Shown piece after piece: positions 9,246 to 17,262 of a stretch of DNA of 60,124 nt. Location: positions 1 through 60,124 of the forward strand of contig CAYYQD010000003.1 of NCBI GenBank assembly GCA_964473735.1, given 5' to 3'. The translations under genes were made by a program, and so were the position numbers. Source of the DNA: an uncultured bacterium (GTDB lineage Bacteria > Hydrothermota > Hydrothermia > LBFQ01). How positions within the stretch are numbered: the first letter of the stretch is position 1; the number at the start of each line of letters is the position of its first letter. Below the pieces are notes generated by a model that did no database searches, was not told the origin of the DNA, and was given only the letters and a program-made list of their open reading frames with translations.

Positions 9246-10330
9246 GCTATGGGAAGGGTTAGGTAGAAGTGCCCATCGTTCGTCGTGGGTCCTATCTTTA
9301 CGGGTGTGCTATCCCCCGAGAAGGAGATCCTCACGGAGGGGGCGTCTATGTACTTCAGCATACGGGTTATGTGGCTACCTATGAGGCGCACCTTTATCTC
9401 ACCCATCGTCTCCGCCTTAAGCCTCTCTACGCCTTCACCCTTCGGGGATACGGTTCGCAGGGTTATCTCTCCGTCCTTAACCTCCACGTCCACCTCGTAC
9501 GTGTCGGGGGCCATGGCTATCATACGGTCTATCTTACGGCGGAGGACGTCCGTCTCCACCACGACCTCTGCTACGAACTCTCTGGGTACTATCCCCTCGT
9601 AATCCACGTAGTCGTCGTCTATTCCCCTGACTACCGTAAGAACGTTGATAGGGTCGTCGTCTATTGAGATGTGGAGCACCCTGTCCTTAACGGCTATTAT
9701 CCCCTTACTCTTGGGGAGGGTCTTCAGTATCCCCTGAACGTAGGCGGGGAGTATGATGTCCATATCACCGGAGAAGTCCTTGCGGGCGTAAAAACCTAAG
9801 ACGGAGCCGTCGGAGGCCACGAAACGGATCTCCCCGTCTCTGGTGTGGAGGTATATCCCCGTGAGGAAGGGACGGGGGTCGTCCTTGGAGGCGCACCAGC
9901 CCACCTTCTCAACCCCGTTGAGTATGTCCTCCATATCCACCATCAACCCCTCCTCAACCCCCACTTCCGGTAGGGCGGGGAACTCCTCATCGTTGTGGAG
10001 GTTTATCCTGTACAGGGCGTCTTCACCTATCTTTACCGTCAGGACGGTATCCTCCCTCTCAAGGACGACGGACCCACCGTCGGCCCCCTTCAGGACGTTC
10101 AGCATCTCCTTCACCGGTACGTAGGCCTTTCCCTCTTCCCCTTCGTATATGGGCATCCTCTGTATAACCCAGTTGTCCATGTCCGTGGCATAGACCGTAA
10201 GTGATTCCCCATCAACGCTGAAGAAAACGCCCGGAGGCAGAAAGGCCCCTTTACCAAGGCGGGATACGAGCTTGCTCGCCCGCGATAGGACCTCCCCCAG
10301 GGTCTCTCTATCCAGTACAGCCTTCAACAT
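9242..10330 (-). CDS. dnaN: DNA polymerase III beta sliding clamp
   Basis: 362 aa with clamp-like length and N-terminus ('...SLTVYATDMDNWV...'), consistent with three-domain organisation. The call is by similarity pattern only. Confidence 0.8.
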   Translation of the reverse strand: MLKAVLDRETLGEVLSRASKLVSRLGKGAFLPPGVFFSVDGESLTVYATDMDNWVIQRMPIYEGEEGKAYVPVKEMLNVLKGADGGSVVLEREDTVLTVKIGEDALYRINLHNDEEFPALPEVGVEEGLMVDMEDILNGVEKVGWCASKDDPRPFLTGIYLHTRDGEIRFVASDGSVLGFYARKDFSGDMDIILPAYVQGILKTLPKSKGIIAVKDRVLHISIDDDPINVLTVVRGIDDDYVDYEGIVPREFVAEVVVETDVLRRKIDRMIAMAPDTYEVDVEVKDGEITLRTVSPKGEGVERLKAETMGEIKVRLIGSHITRMLKYIDAPSVRISFSGDSTPVKIGPTTNDGHFYLTLPIA

Positions 10331-11165
10331 AGGTGGCGATTATACCGGCGAACTTACCGGCGAACTCCTCGGGGTCGTAATGTACGACCCTCATACCGGC
10401 CCCCAGCTCAAAACCGGCGAACCTCCCCATCCGTGGGAGTACCTCAAGGTGCCAGTGGTAGTCGTACCCCCTCGGGGCCTGATGCAGGACCAGGTTGTAG
10501 TCCTTTACACCGAAGGCCTCCTTCAGGGTGCGCACCACGGATGATAGAAGCATGCCGAAGGGAGGGGTGGGGTTGAACTCCCTGCGATGCTCCGTCGGGT
10601 ATATCCATACCTCGTAAGGTAGGGTCTGCACCTCCGGTACGACGACGGCGTACCCACCGCACTCAAGTGCCCCGTACCCGTATCTTCCACACAGGAGGCA
10701 GCCCTCTCCGGATAGGGCCGAAACCTCCTTCAATACCACCTCCGGAACCACGTCCATGGCCACAAGCTGGGTGTGAGGATGCACGATAGATGCCCCCGCT
10801 CCGTGGCCGTAGTTCCTGAAGAGGAGGACGTAGTCCCTGTCCCTGTGGGCCTCTACCCTCCTTTTCCACACCTCCATAAGGAGGTTGAGGTGCTCTTCGT
10901 CCAGAGTGTTGAGGTCGGAGTCGTGATTTGCAGAGTCTATTATCACCTCGTGGGTAGGGAGTATTGGGTACCTGTTGGGTACTACCCTGATCCTCCAGCT
11001 TTCCCCATCCGGTACCCTCTCTATCTCCGGAGGCGTAAGGTGTTCGTTCCCCGGACAGAAGGGACATACGAAACCCTTATCCCTACCCTCGTGGGGGCGC
11101 TCCCTTCTCTTGGGTGCCACGGAGACCCATATCCCCCTCAGGGGATCCCGTCGGAGTTCGGACAC
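10308..11165 (-). CDS. galT: galactose-1-phosphate uridylyltransferase family (HIT class) protein
   Basis: Zn motif 'CPFCPGNE' and the HIT-like active site 'HPHTQ'. GTG start, 5 nt after TAGAAT. Confidence 0.8.
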   Translation of the reverse strand: MSELRRDPLRGIWVSVAPKRRERPHEGRDKGFVCPFCPGNEHLTPPEIERVPDGESWRIRVVPNRYPILPTHEVIIDSANHDSDLNTLDEEHLNLLMEVWKRRVEAHRDRDYVLLFRNYGHGAGASIVHPHTQLVAMDVVPEVVLKEVSALSGEGCLLCGRYGYGALECGGYAVVVPEVQTLPYEVWIYPTEHRREFNPTPPFGMLLSSVVRTLKEAFGVKDYNLVLHQAPRGYDYHWHLEVLPRMGRFAGFELGAGMRVVHYDPEEFAGKFAGIIATYVEGCTG

Positions 11166-11170
11166 GGCGG

Positions 11171-11176
11171 ATTCTA
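11171..11176 (-). promoter_or_regulatory. -10 box TAGAAT, 5 nt before GTG 11165 (galT)
   Basis: The minus strand reads cctTAGAATccgccGTG. Confidence 0.55.
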
Positions 11177-11237
11177 AGGATGTACTGCCATGAACGGTTC
11201 CTAACTCCGGCCCGGTAGCGTGGGGGTCGCTCCCCTT

Positions 11238-11243
11238 TATAAT
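11238..11243 (+). promoter_or_regulatory. -10 box TATAAT, 10 nt before the 5' end of tRNA-Val
   Basis: cctttTATAATatccgctcacGGGCGCG. Confidence 0.55.
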
Positions 11244-11253
11244 ATCCGCTCAC

Positions 11254-11327
11254 GGGCGCGTAGCTCAGCAGGTTAGAGCGCCGGTCTCACATACCGGAGG
11301 TCGGAGGTTCGAGTCCTCCCGCGCCCA
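11254..11327 (+). tRNA. tRNA-Val (anticodon CAC)
   Basis: Manual cloverleaf fold. The 7-bp acceptor stem (GGGCGCG/CGCGCCC), D stem (GCTC/GAGC), anticodon stem (CCGGT/ACCGG), loop CTCACAT and T arm (GGAGG-TTCGAGT-CCTCC) all pair. Discriminator is A; no CCA is encoded. Confidence 0.9.
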
Positions 11328-11328
11328 C

Positions 11329-12306
11329 TTGACCGTCCTCTCAAATCCTTACGTACTCTGGGCGATAAAGACCCTAATCATCTTCGGTGGCGTTATGACG
11401 GCGGCGGCCTACATGGTGTGGGTAGAGAGGCGAGTCGCCGCCTGGATGCAGGACCGCATAGGACCCAACGTGGTAGGTCCCTTCGGTCTTCTCCAGCCTA
11501 TCGCCGACGTCCTTAAGCTGGCCTTTAAAGAGGAGGTGATACCCGAGAGGGTGGACAGGCTACTTCACTTCCTCGCCCCCGGCATACTGTTCTCCGCTCC
11601 CATCATCGCCATGGCCGTCATACCTTACGGCCCCGGCCTCTACATAAGCAACCCGGACTTCGGTTTGCTATGGCTCTTAGCGGCCACGTCCATAGCGGGC
11701 TACGGCGTGATCTTAGGGGGTCTCTCCAGCGGTAGCAAGTACTCCGTCTTAGGTGGTCTCCGTTCTACCTCCCAGATCGTATCCTACGAGATACCGATGG
11801 TACTGGCTGCCCTCGGACCCGCCATAGCGGCCGGCTCCCTCTCCCTGGTGGATATAGTTGAGGCGCAGAGGGCCGTATGGTTCGCCGTCCCGCAGTTCAT
11901 AGGGTTCATGGTCTTCCTTATAACCACCTACGCCGAAACCAACCGTCTCCCCTTTGACCTTCCGGAGGCCGAGTCCGAGCTCGTGGGAGGTTATCACACG
12001 GAGTTCTCATCCCTCCGTTTCGCGTGGTTCTTCGCTGGAGAGTACGCGAACATGGTCATAGCCTCCTCCGCGGTCTCGGTCCTCTTCATGGGTGGGTGGT
12101 ACGGCCCCCTTCCGGGGTGGAACCTATGGCCGGGCGTACATTGGATGCTCCTGAAGGTGGCCTTCTTCCTCTTCCTCTTCGTGTGGATCCGCTGGACCCT
12201 TCCCAGATTCAGGTACGACCAGCTGATGAACTTCTCGTGGAAGGTTCTCATACCCCTTGCCCTTCTCAACCTCTTCGTAGCCACCGCCCTTAAAGTGATT
12301 TGGTAA
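11329..12306 (+). CDS. nuoH: NADH-quinone oxidoreductase subunit H
   Basis: 'WVERRVAAWMQDRIGPNVVGPFGLLQPIADVLKLAFKEE' is the NuoH/Nqo8 signature. TTG 11329 is the only start that keeps TM1. Confidence 0.9.
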   Translation: MTVLSNPYVLWAIKTLIIFGGVMTAAAYMVWVERRVAAWMQDRIGPNVVGPFGLLQPIADVLKLAFKEEVIPERVDRLLHFLAPGILFSAPIIAMAVIPYGPGLYISNPDFGLLWLLAATSIAGYGVILGGLSSGSKYSVLGGLRSTSQIVSYEIPMVLAALGPAIAAGSLSLVDIVEAQRAVWFAVPQFIGFMVFLITTYAETNRLPFDLPEAESELVGGYHTEFSSLRFAWFFAGEYANMVIASSAVSVLFMGGWYGPLPGWNLWPGVHWMLLKVAFFLFLFVWIRWTLPRFRYDQLMNFSWKVLIPLALLNLFVATALKVIW

Positions 12307-12674
12307 GGGGCGTAGGTATAGACGTCGTAGATGTAAGGGACTTTGAGGGGAGGATCAGAAGGACCCCTGCGTTGAAGGACAGGATCTTTACGGAGCGGGA
12401 AGTCTCCCTGTCCTACTCCATAGAGAGTTTGGCGGGGAGGTTCGCCGTCAAGGAGGCCGTGCTTAAAGCTTTAGGTGTGGGCCTCACCGGAGGCGTGAGA
12501 TGGAGGGACGTTGAGGTGGTCGGGGGTAGGGGAGAGCCCCCTAAGGTCGTACTCCACGGAAGGGTTAGGGACTTAGCTAAGGGTACGGAACTGCACGTAT
12601 CGGTGTCGCACGCTGGAGGGTTCGCGGTAGGGATATGTGTGGCAACCTTTACAGGTACATCCGCTCCATCCTAA
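12300..12674 (+). CDS. acpS: holo-[acyl-carrier-protein] synthase
   Basis: 'GVGIDVVDV...', 'SLAGRFAVKEAVLKALG' and 'VSVSHAGGFA' are AcpS motifs. The TTG start overlaps the nuoH stop. Confidence 0.85.
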   Translation: MVRGVGIDVVDVRDFEGRIRRTPALKDRIFTEREVSLSYSIESLAGRFAVKEAVLKALGVGLTGGVRWRDVEVVGGRGEPPKVVLHGRVRDLAKGTELHVSVSHAGGFAVGICVATFTGTSAPS

Positions 12675-13081
12675 CGCCATCACCTTCGGAGGTTAAGGGG
12701 GCATTGCTCTTCGTCGCGCTCGCTCTGGCTGGCATCGGGTACGCCCTCTATAAGGGACGGAGGCCTCCACCTATGAGGTACAGGACCTACAGAGCCGAGA
12801 AGGTGAGAGAGGAACCTCCCGAACCCGACGTTGATACGGGGTACTACCTTTACGAGAGGAGATTGTACGTGCGCCGTAAATCACGACCCCGTCCGGTGAA
12901 TGTAAATCGCGCCGGAATACGGGAGCTGGTTAGTCTCCCCGGGGTAGGACCGGTTCTGGCACGTAGGATAATGGAGTACAGGAAGAAGTACGGTCCGTTT
13001 AAGGGACCGAAGGACCTACTTGAGGTGAGGGGGATAGGCCCCAGGAAGCTCCAGAAGATGCGACCTTACTTACGTTTTTAG
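12635..13081 (+). CDS. comEA: ComEA-family helix-hairpin-helix DNA-binding protein
   Basis: N-terminal TM segment, then 'VNVNRAGIRELVSLPGVGPVLARRIMEYRKKYGPFKGPKDLLEVRGIGPRKL' (tandem HhH). Confidence 0.8.
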   Translation: MCGNLYRYIRSILTPSPSEVKGALLFVALALAGIGYALYKGRRPPPMRYRTYRAEKVREEPPEPDVDTGYYLYERRLYVRRKSRPRPVNVNRAGIRELVSLPGVGPVLARRIMEYRKKYGPFKGPKDLLEVRGIGPRKLQKMRPYLRF

Positions 13082-13261
13082 GTTTAACACCTCGTCTCCT
13101 CAATCTCAAGCACTGCATCTGGCGTTGTAATTTACCCCTGAAAATAGACCTGTTGGGGGAGAGAACATTGCGGAAGGGTCTTGCGATTTTGAGCATTATG
13201 CCGCCACGTACCTTTTGCCCGATAATCCGACCGGAGAAGGGGCCTCTATCTTCAGGTACCA

Positions 13262-13292
13262 CTTTGGGTATAAAATCGGCAGAAGTAGTACC
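13262..13292 (+). repeat. 31-nt element, copy A (CTtTGGGTAtAAAATCGGcAgAAGTAGTACC)
   Basis: Matches 13581..13611 at 27 of 31 positions. It lies in a 595-bp gap with no supported gene. Confidence 0.6.
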
Positions 13293-13580
13293 GGAGACGG
13301 ATAGCACCGTACCTTTGGATGGTGGTGCTGTACTGTCGGACTTCTCTTACAGCTGCGGCAATTCCCTCTTACCGTTAAGCCGGCTATGGAAACGTGGAGC
13401 CGTTGGGGCTAAAAAGTTCCCCGCAGTCCGATAAAAAAGAGCGTACCCACCTTTACCGGCTCCAGCAATGGTGGGCTTCTCTCCTACTCTGAGGTTTTAA
13501 TACCACGACCTCTACGGATCATATTCGCCGGCAACTATCCCTCATTTACGGTAGAAGAAAGCAAAAGGGCGACGGTATCA

Positions 13581-13611
13581 CTCTGGGTACAAAATCGGGA
13601 AAAGTAGTACC
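13581..13611 (+). repeat. 31-nt element, copy B (CTcTGGGTAcAAAATCGGgAaAAGTAGTACC)
   Basis: Second copy, 319 nt downstream of copy A. It contains the self-complementary ends GGGTAC...GTACCC. Confidence 0.6.
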
Positions 13612-13676
13612 CACCTCCTACGTCCTATCCGCTGGACGCGACTTTATGTCGGAATTAGCTTCGGTCTCCGGAGGGG

Positions 13677-15062
13677 CTACTCTACCTTCAGCCTCTTGGG
13701 TTTGAACTTGGTGGTGTCGGCCACTATCAGGAGGACGTACCTGTCCGTGTTCAGGTACTTCCGGGCCGCTCCGTTGACCCTATCAAGGGTCAGATTCCTT
13801 ATCTCCTCAACGTCCTTTATCCAGAACATGTCCGGAAGGCCGTACTCGTACTGGGTGGACAGGAGACCGGCCACCTGACTGTAGGTCTCCGACGTACGGG
13901 CTATGTATCCGTTATAAAAACTCTTTGCCGCCTCCAACTCCTCCTCCGTGAATCCCTTTTCTTTTGCTTCCTTTATGAGGTCAAGGAGGGTGAGGACGGC
14001 ATCTTCGGCGGCCTCCGTTCGGGTCTCAAGGCCGGCTATGAATATGGAAGGTAGTTTCTCCGACTTCCACGGTATGTTGGGGATGACGTAGGAGTAGGCC
14101 GAGTACGCGTAACCCTTCTCCACCCTTATCTTCCGCAGTATCCTGCTGGAGAAACCGGACCCTCCGAGGATGTAGTTGGCCACCCTCAGGGCGTTCCAGT
14201 CGGGCGAGCTCCTCTGTATATCAACGGGCGCGGCCATCCTGACGTAGGCCTGGTTCAGGCCGGCCATGTGGTAGACCTCAACCTTCCTCCTCTTCTTTAT
14301 AGGCGGGATGTCCGGGAGCTCTACCTTTCCCTTTTCCCATCCGGAGAAGTACCTCTCCACCTTCGCTATGGCCTCGTCGGGATTCAGGGAGGATACCACC
14401 ACCACGTAGGAGATGTTGGGCCTCCAGTACTCTTTATGGAACCTGATGAGGTCCTCGCGGGTTATCCTGTCTACGGACTCAACGTACCCTTCCGTGGGAT
14501 GGGCGAGGCGGGTGCCCTCGTAGGTCAGCTCGTAAAGCCGCACGCTCGCCACGTAGTTGGGATTACTCATGTTGTTCTGTATGGAGGCCTTCTGCCTTCT
14601 CTTCTCCCTCTGAAACTCCTTCTCCGGGAAGGTGGGGTTGAGTACGACGTCGGATGCTATGGCCAGCATGCTGTCGGCGTCGTCCGTTAAGGACCTCACG
14701 GTTATCTCCGTGTGGGTTCTGCCGACGTTTACGCTGAAGGACCCTCCGATGTTCTCTATGGCTGAGGCTATCTCCTCGGAGGTTCTGTCCTTTGTACCCT
14801 CATCCACCATTACCCCTACTAAGTTGGCAAGACCCTCCTTACCTTCGGGGTCAAGGAGGGACCCCACCCTCATCGTAAGCTGCATGTGGAATATGGGGAG
14901 CTTGTCCTTCTTTACGGCGATAACGTGCAGGCCGTTGGGTAGGGTCTTCTCCTTCTTTATAAGGGGTTTGACGGTTATCTTTCTCTCCATGCTCTTAACC
15001 GTCCCCGTTGAGGAGCATCCGGCTACAACAAAAACCGTCAGTATGGGAATTAACTTCCTCAT
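13677..15062 (-). CDS. M16-family (pitrilysin-like) lipoprotein, non-catalytic variant
   Basis: Lipobox 'VVAGCSS'. M16 two-domain layout. At the HxxEH position the sequence reads 'GLANLVGVMVDEGT', so the zinc ligands are missing. Confidence 0.8.
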   Translation of the reverse strand: MRKLIPILTVFVVAGCSSTGTVKSMERKITVKPLIKKEKTLPNGLHVIAVKKDKLPIFHMQLTMRVGSLLDPEGKEGLANLVGVMVDEGTKDRTSEEIASAIENIGGSFSVNVGRTHTEITVRSLTDDADSMLAIASDVVLNPTFPEKEFQREKRRQKASIQNNMSNPNYVASVRLYELTYEGTRLAHPTEGYVESVDRITREDLIRFHKEYWRPNISYVVVVSSLNPDEAIAKVERYFSGWEKGKVELPDIPPIKKRRKVEVYHMAGLNQAYVRMAAPVDIQRSSPDWNALRVANYILGGSGFSSRILRKIRVEKGYAYSAYSYVIPNIPWKSEKLPSIFIAGLETRTEAAEDAVLTLLDLIKEAKEKGFTEEELEAAKSFYNGYIARTSETYSQVAGLLSTQYEYGLPDMFWIKDVEEIRNLTLDRVNGAARKYLNTDRYVLLIVADTTKFKPKRLKVE

Positions 15063-15070
15063 GGTAGGGG

Positions 15071-15076
15071 ATTCTA
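15071..15076 (-). promoter_or_regulatory. -10 box TAGAAT, 8 nt before ATG 15062 (M16 lipoprotein)
   Basis: The minus strand reads ccgTAGAATcccctaccATG. Confidence 0.55.
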
Positions 15077-15082
15077 CGGACG

Positions 15083-15622
15083 TTAGTCCCTCTCAAACGG
15101 GAACCCCAACGCCTCCAAGAGGCGGTAAGCCATCTCGTCGTTGTCCGCGCTGGTGACGATGTTGATGTCCATCCCGAAGACCCTCTGCACCTTGTCTATC
15201 TCCACCTCCGGGAAGGCCGTGTGCTCGTCCAAGCCGAAGTTGTAGCTCCCCCTACCGTCAAACCTATCCTTGGGCAACCCTCTGAAATCCCTCACACGGG
15301 GAAGGGCGAAGTTTATGAGCCTCTCAAGGAAGTCGTACGCCCTCTTTCCCCTCAAGGTGACCTTCAGACCTATGGGGGTACCCTTGCGGAGTTTGAACTG
15401 GGCCACGTGCTTTCTCGCTCTCGTTATGACGGGCTTCTGACCGGTTATCATCGCGAGGTCCTTCGCCACCACCTCAAGGGACTTGGGATCCTCAAGGGCC
15501 TCCCTTCCCCATCCCACGTGCACCACCACCTTCTCTATACGCGGCACCTCCATGATGTTCAGATTCAGTTCCTCGGCCAGTTTGGGCCTAATCTCCTTTT
15601 TATACCTCTCGTAAAGGGCCAT
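15083..15622 (-). CDS. rplE: 50S ribosomal protein L5
   Basis: 179 aa. 'YNFGLDEHTAFPEVEIDKVQRVFGMDINIVTSA' and the N-terminal 'RPKLAEELNLNIMEVPRIEKVVV' are classic uL5. Confidence 0.95.
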   Translation of the reverse strand: MALYERYKKEIRPKLAEELNLNIMEVPRIEKVVVHVGWGREALEDPKSLEVVAKDLAMITGQKPVITRARKHVAQFKLRKGTPIGLKVTLRGKRAYDFLERLINFALPRVRDFRGLPKDRFDGRGSYNFGLDEHTAFPEVEIDKVQRVFGMDINIVTSADNDEMAYRLLEALGFPFERD

Positions 15623-15630
15623 AGCCGGCT

Positions 15631-15636
15631 ATTCTA
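15631..15636 (-). promoter_or_regulatory. -10 box TAGAAT, 8 nt before ATG 15622 (rplE)
   Basis: The minus strand reads gtTTAGAATagccggctATG. Confidence 0.55.
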
Positions 15637-15656
15637 AACCTGAAGACGGATGAGTG

Positions 15657-17177
15657 TTATCTTACCACTACCTTTGCGGTCTTACCCCCGTACTTAAGGA
15701 TGTAAGTCCCGGGCTTCAGGGGGACGTTCCTGTATCCGTCAATCTGGCCCCCGGCGACGATCCTGCCGTCGGCGGTTAGAACGGAGAACCTCCCTCTCCC
15801 CTTGAGGTTCAGAACTCGCCCCTTGAGGTTGAACTCCACACCGTTCCTTACGGCTTCGGATACGGCGGTGGGGTCGTCGTAGGATGTGCGGCAGGTCCCG
15901 TAAATGCTGGAAGTATAGACGGCAAGCTTGGGGGAATCCGCCTCCCCGCGCAGTACGAAGTCTATACAGGTGTCACCGTTCACGTCGGCGAGGACCGAGT
16001 AGCCTGAGCCGAAAGGACCGCTGCCGTAGGTGTGGTACCACAGCAGGGTTCCGCTCCGGGCATCAATTACGTTGAGGCGACCGGAATGGTCGTTGTAGAG
16101 GATCTCGTATCCGGGGTTGGAGGTTTCAAACTCACCTACCGTTATTGGGGCACTCCCGTGGGTCTCCACGAGCGAGGAGTTGGCCCAGATCTGGCTTCCG
16201 TCGGATCCGCTTATGGCTTTTAACTTGGTGGAGCTCCCCGAATAGGCACTCTGGAAGATGTCCTTCACCCCGTCGCCGTCTATATCCCACCCGACCACCG
16301 GAGATTCGTGGGCGTCGCTGGAAAAGTCCATGCTTATGTTCCGGGACCAGATCAAGCTCCCGTCCTCCCCTAACCTCGCCATGCGCTCCTCGTTGCTGAC
16401 TACGACGTCGTAGTGGCCGTCGCCGTCCAGGTCCTCAACTACGGGCGAGGAAGGGTAGTACCCCGAGAGGTGATAGCTCCAGATGACCGACCCGGTAGGG
16501 CCACTGAGTGCCACGACGTCGTTCGTCTGGTCCGAATAGGCCACCACATCCGGAAAGCCGTCGTGGTTCAGATCCCCTACGGCGGGAACCGTACTTCTAC
16601 CCCTGCCGGATCCGGTGCTCCAGAGGAGGGAGCCGTCGCTTCCGTTAAAGGCGCACACGTAGGAAGAGGTGGAAACCACCACGTCCTGTAAGCCGTCCCC
16701 GTTCAAATCCACTATGCGGGGAGAACCGTTGTAGGTATAACCACTGCACGAGGACGTCCATAGGGTGCTACCGTCGGCCCCCCTGACGGCACGGACGTTG
16801 CTACCATAAGTGAAGACCACCTCCATGGTTGCCGGATTCCCGTCCAGATCCCCGACCGCCGGTGTGGAGTATATGGAATTGCTTACGCTTATGCTCCAGA
16901 GTACGGTTCCGTCGGGGCCGTTGAAACACCGGAGAGTGCCGTCGTCGTCACCCACCACTATGTCGGGTATTCCGTCCCCGGTTACGTCTATAACGGACGG
17001 CCCGGAGTATATGCCTGTCGCTGCCGAGAGACCGGTTTGCCATAGAGGTGTTAGGGAGGATACCCCGGAAAATAGGGCTGTAACCAGAGCCCTACCGTTC
17101 CCCGAATTATCCCTCTTAAAGCCGCACCATGCGCTGGAAGGGCACGCTTGCCCAACGACCAAAATAATTCCCATCAT
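15657..17177 (-). CDS. seven-repeat FG-GAP/VCBS beta-propeller protein with T9SS-type CTD
   Basis: Seven Ca-binding-type D-x-(D/N)-x-D-G loops (DVTGDGIPD, DLDGNPATM, DLNGDGLQD, DLNHDGFPD, DLDGDGHYD, DIDGDGVKD, DVNGDTCID). Tail '...PGTYILKYGGKTAKVVVR'. Confidence 0.8.
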   Translation of the reverse strand: MMGIILVVGQACPSSAWCGFKRDNSGNGRALVTALFSGVSSLTPLWQTGLSAATGIYSGPSVIDVTGDGIPDIVVGDDDGTLRCFNGPDGTVLWSISVSNSIYSTPAVGDLDGNPATMEVVFTYGSNVRAVRGADGSTLWTSSCSGYTYNGSPRIVDLNGDGLQDVVVSTSSYVCAFNGSDGSLLWSTGSGRGRSTVPAVGDLNHDGFPDVVAYSDQTNDVVALSGPTGSVIWSYHLSGYYPSSPVVEDLDGDGHYDVVVSNEERMARLGEDGSLIWSRNISMDFSSDAHESPVVGWDIDGDGVKDIFQSAYSGSSTKLKAISGSDGSQIWANSSLVETHGSAPITVGEFETSNPGYEILYNDHSGRLNVIDARSGTLLWYHTYGSGPFGSGYSVLADVNGDTCIDFVLRGEADSPKLAVYTSSIYGTCRTSYDDPTAVSEAVRNGVEFNLKGRVLNLKGRGRFSVLTADGRIVAGGQIDGYRNVPLKPGTYILKYGGKTAKVVVR

Positions 17178-17186
17178 GATGGGAAT

Positions 17187-17192
17187 ATTATA
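17187..17192 (-). promoter_or_regulatory. -10 box TATAAT, 9 nt before ATG 17177 (FG-GAP protein)
   Basis: The minus strand reads cagTATAATattcccatcATG. Confidence 0.55.
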
Positions 17193-17197
17193 CTGCC

Positions 17198-17262
17198 GGA
17201 ATATTTGCTTGTTTCAAAATACCTCTGAAAATGAACAATAATTCAGAAACGTGAAATATTCC
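17198..17262. promoter_or_regulatory. interrupted inverted repeat GGAATATTT-n4-GTTTC ... GAAAC-n3-AAATATTCC just upstream of the FG-GAP gene promoter
   Basis: 9-bp and 5-bp complementary arms read directly at 17198..17206/17254..17262 and 17211..17215/17246..17250. Confidence 0.35.

Noticed and set aside
11166-11331. tRNA-Val as an integration hotspot or genomic-island border.
   Set aside because: There is no integrase, no direct repeat of the tRNA 3' end and no compositional break. The flanking genes are core metabolism.
13153-13434. Track ORFs in the 595-bp gap (13153..13434 + and 12999..13307 -) and at the window start (81..302 +, 225..416 -).
   Set aside because: They have no recognisable motifs, codon usage that looks atypical by eye, and no SD or -10 at a proper distance. 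They are treated as non-coding and discussed as a finding instead.
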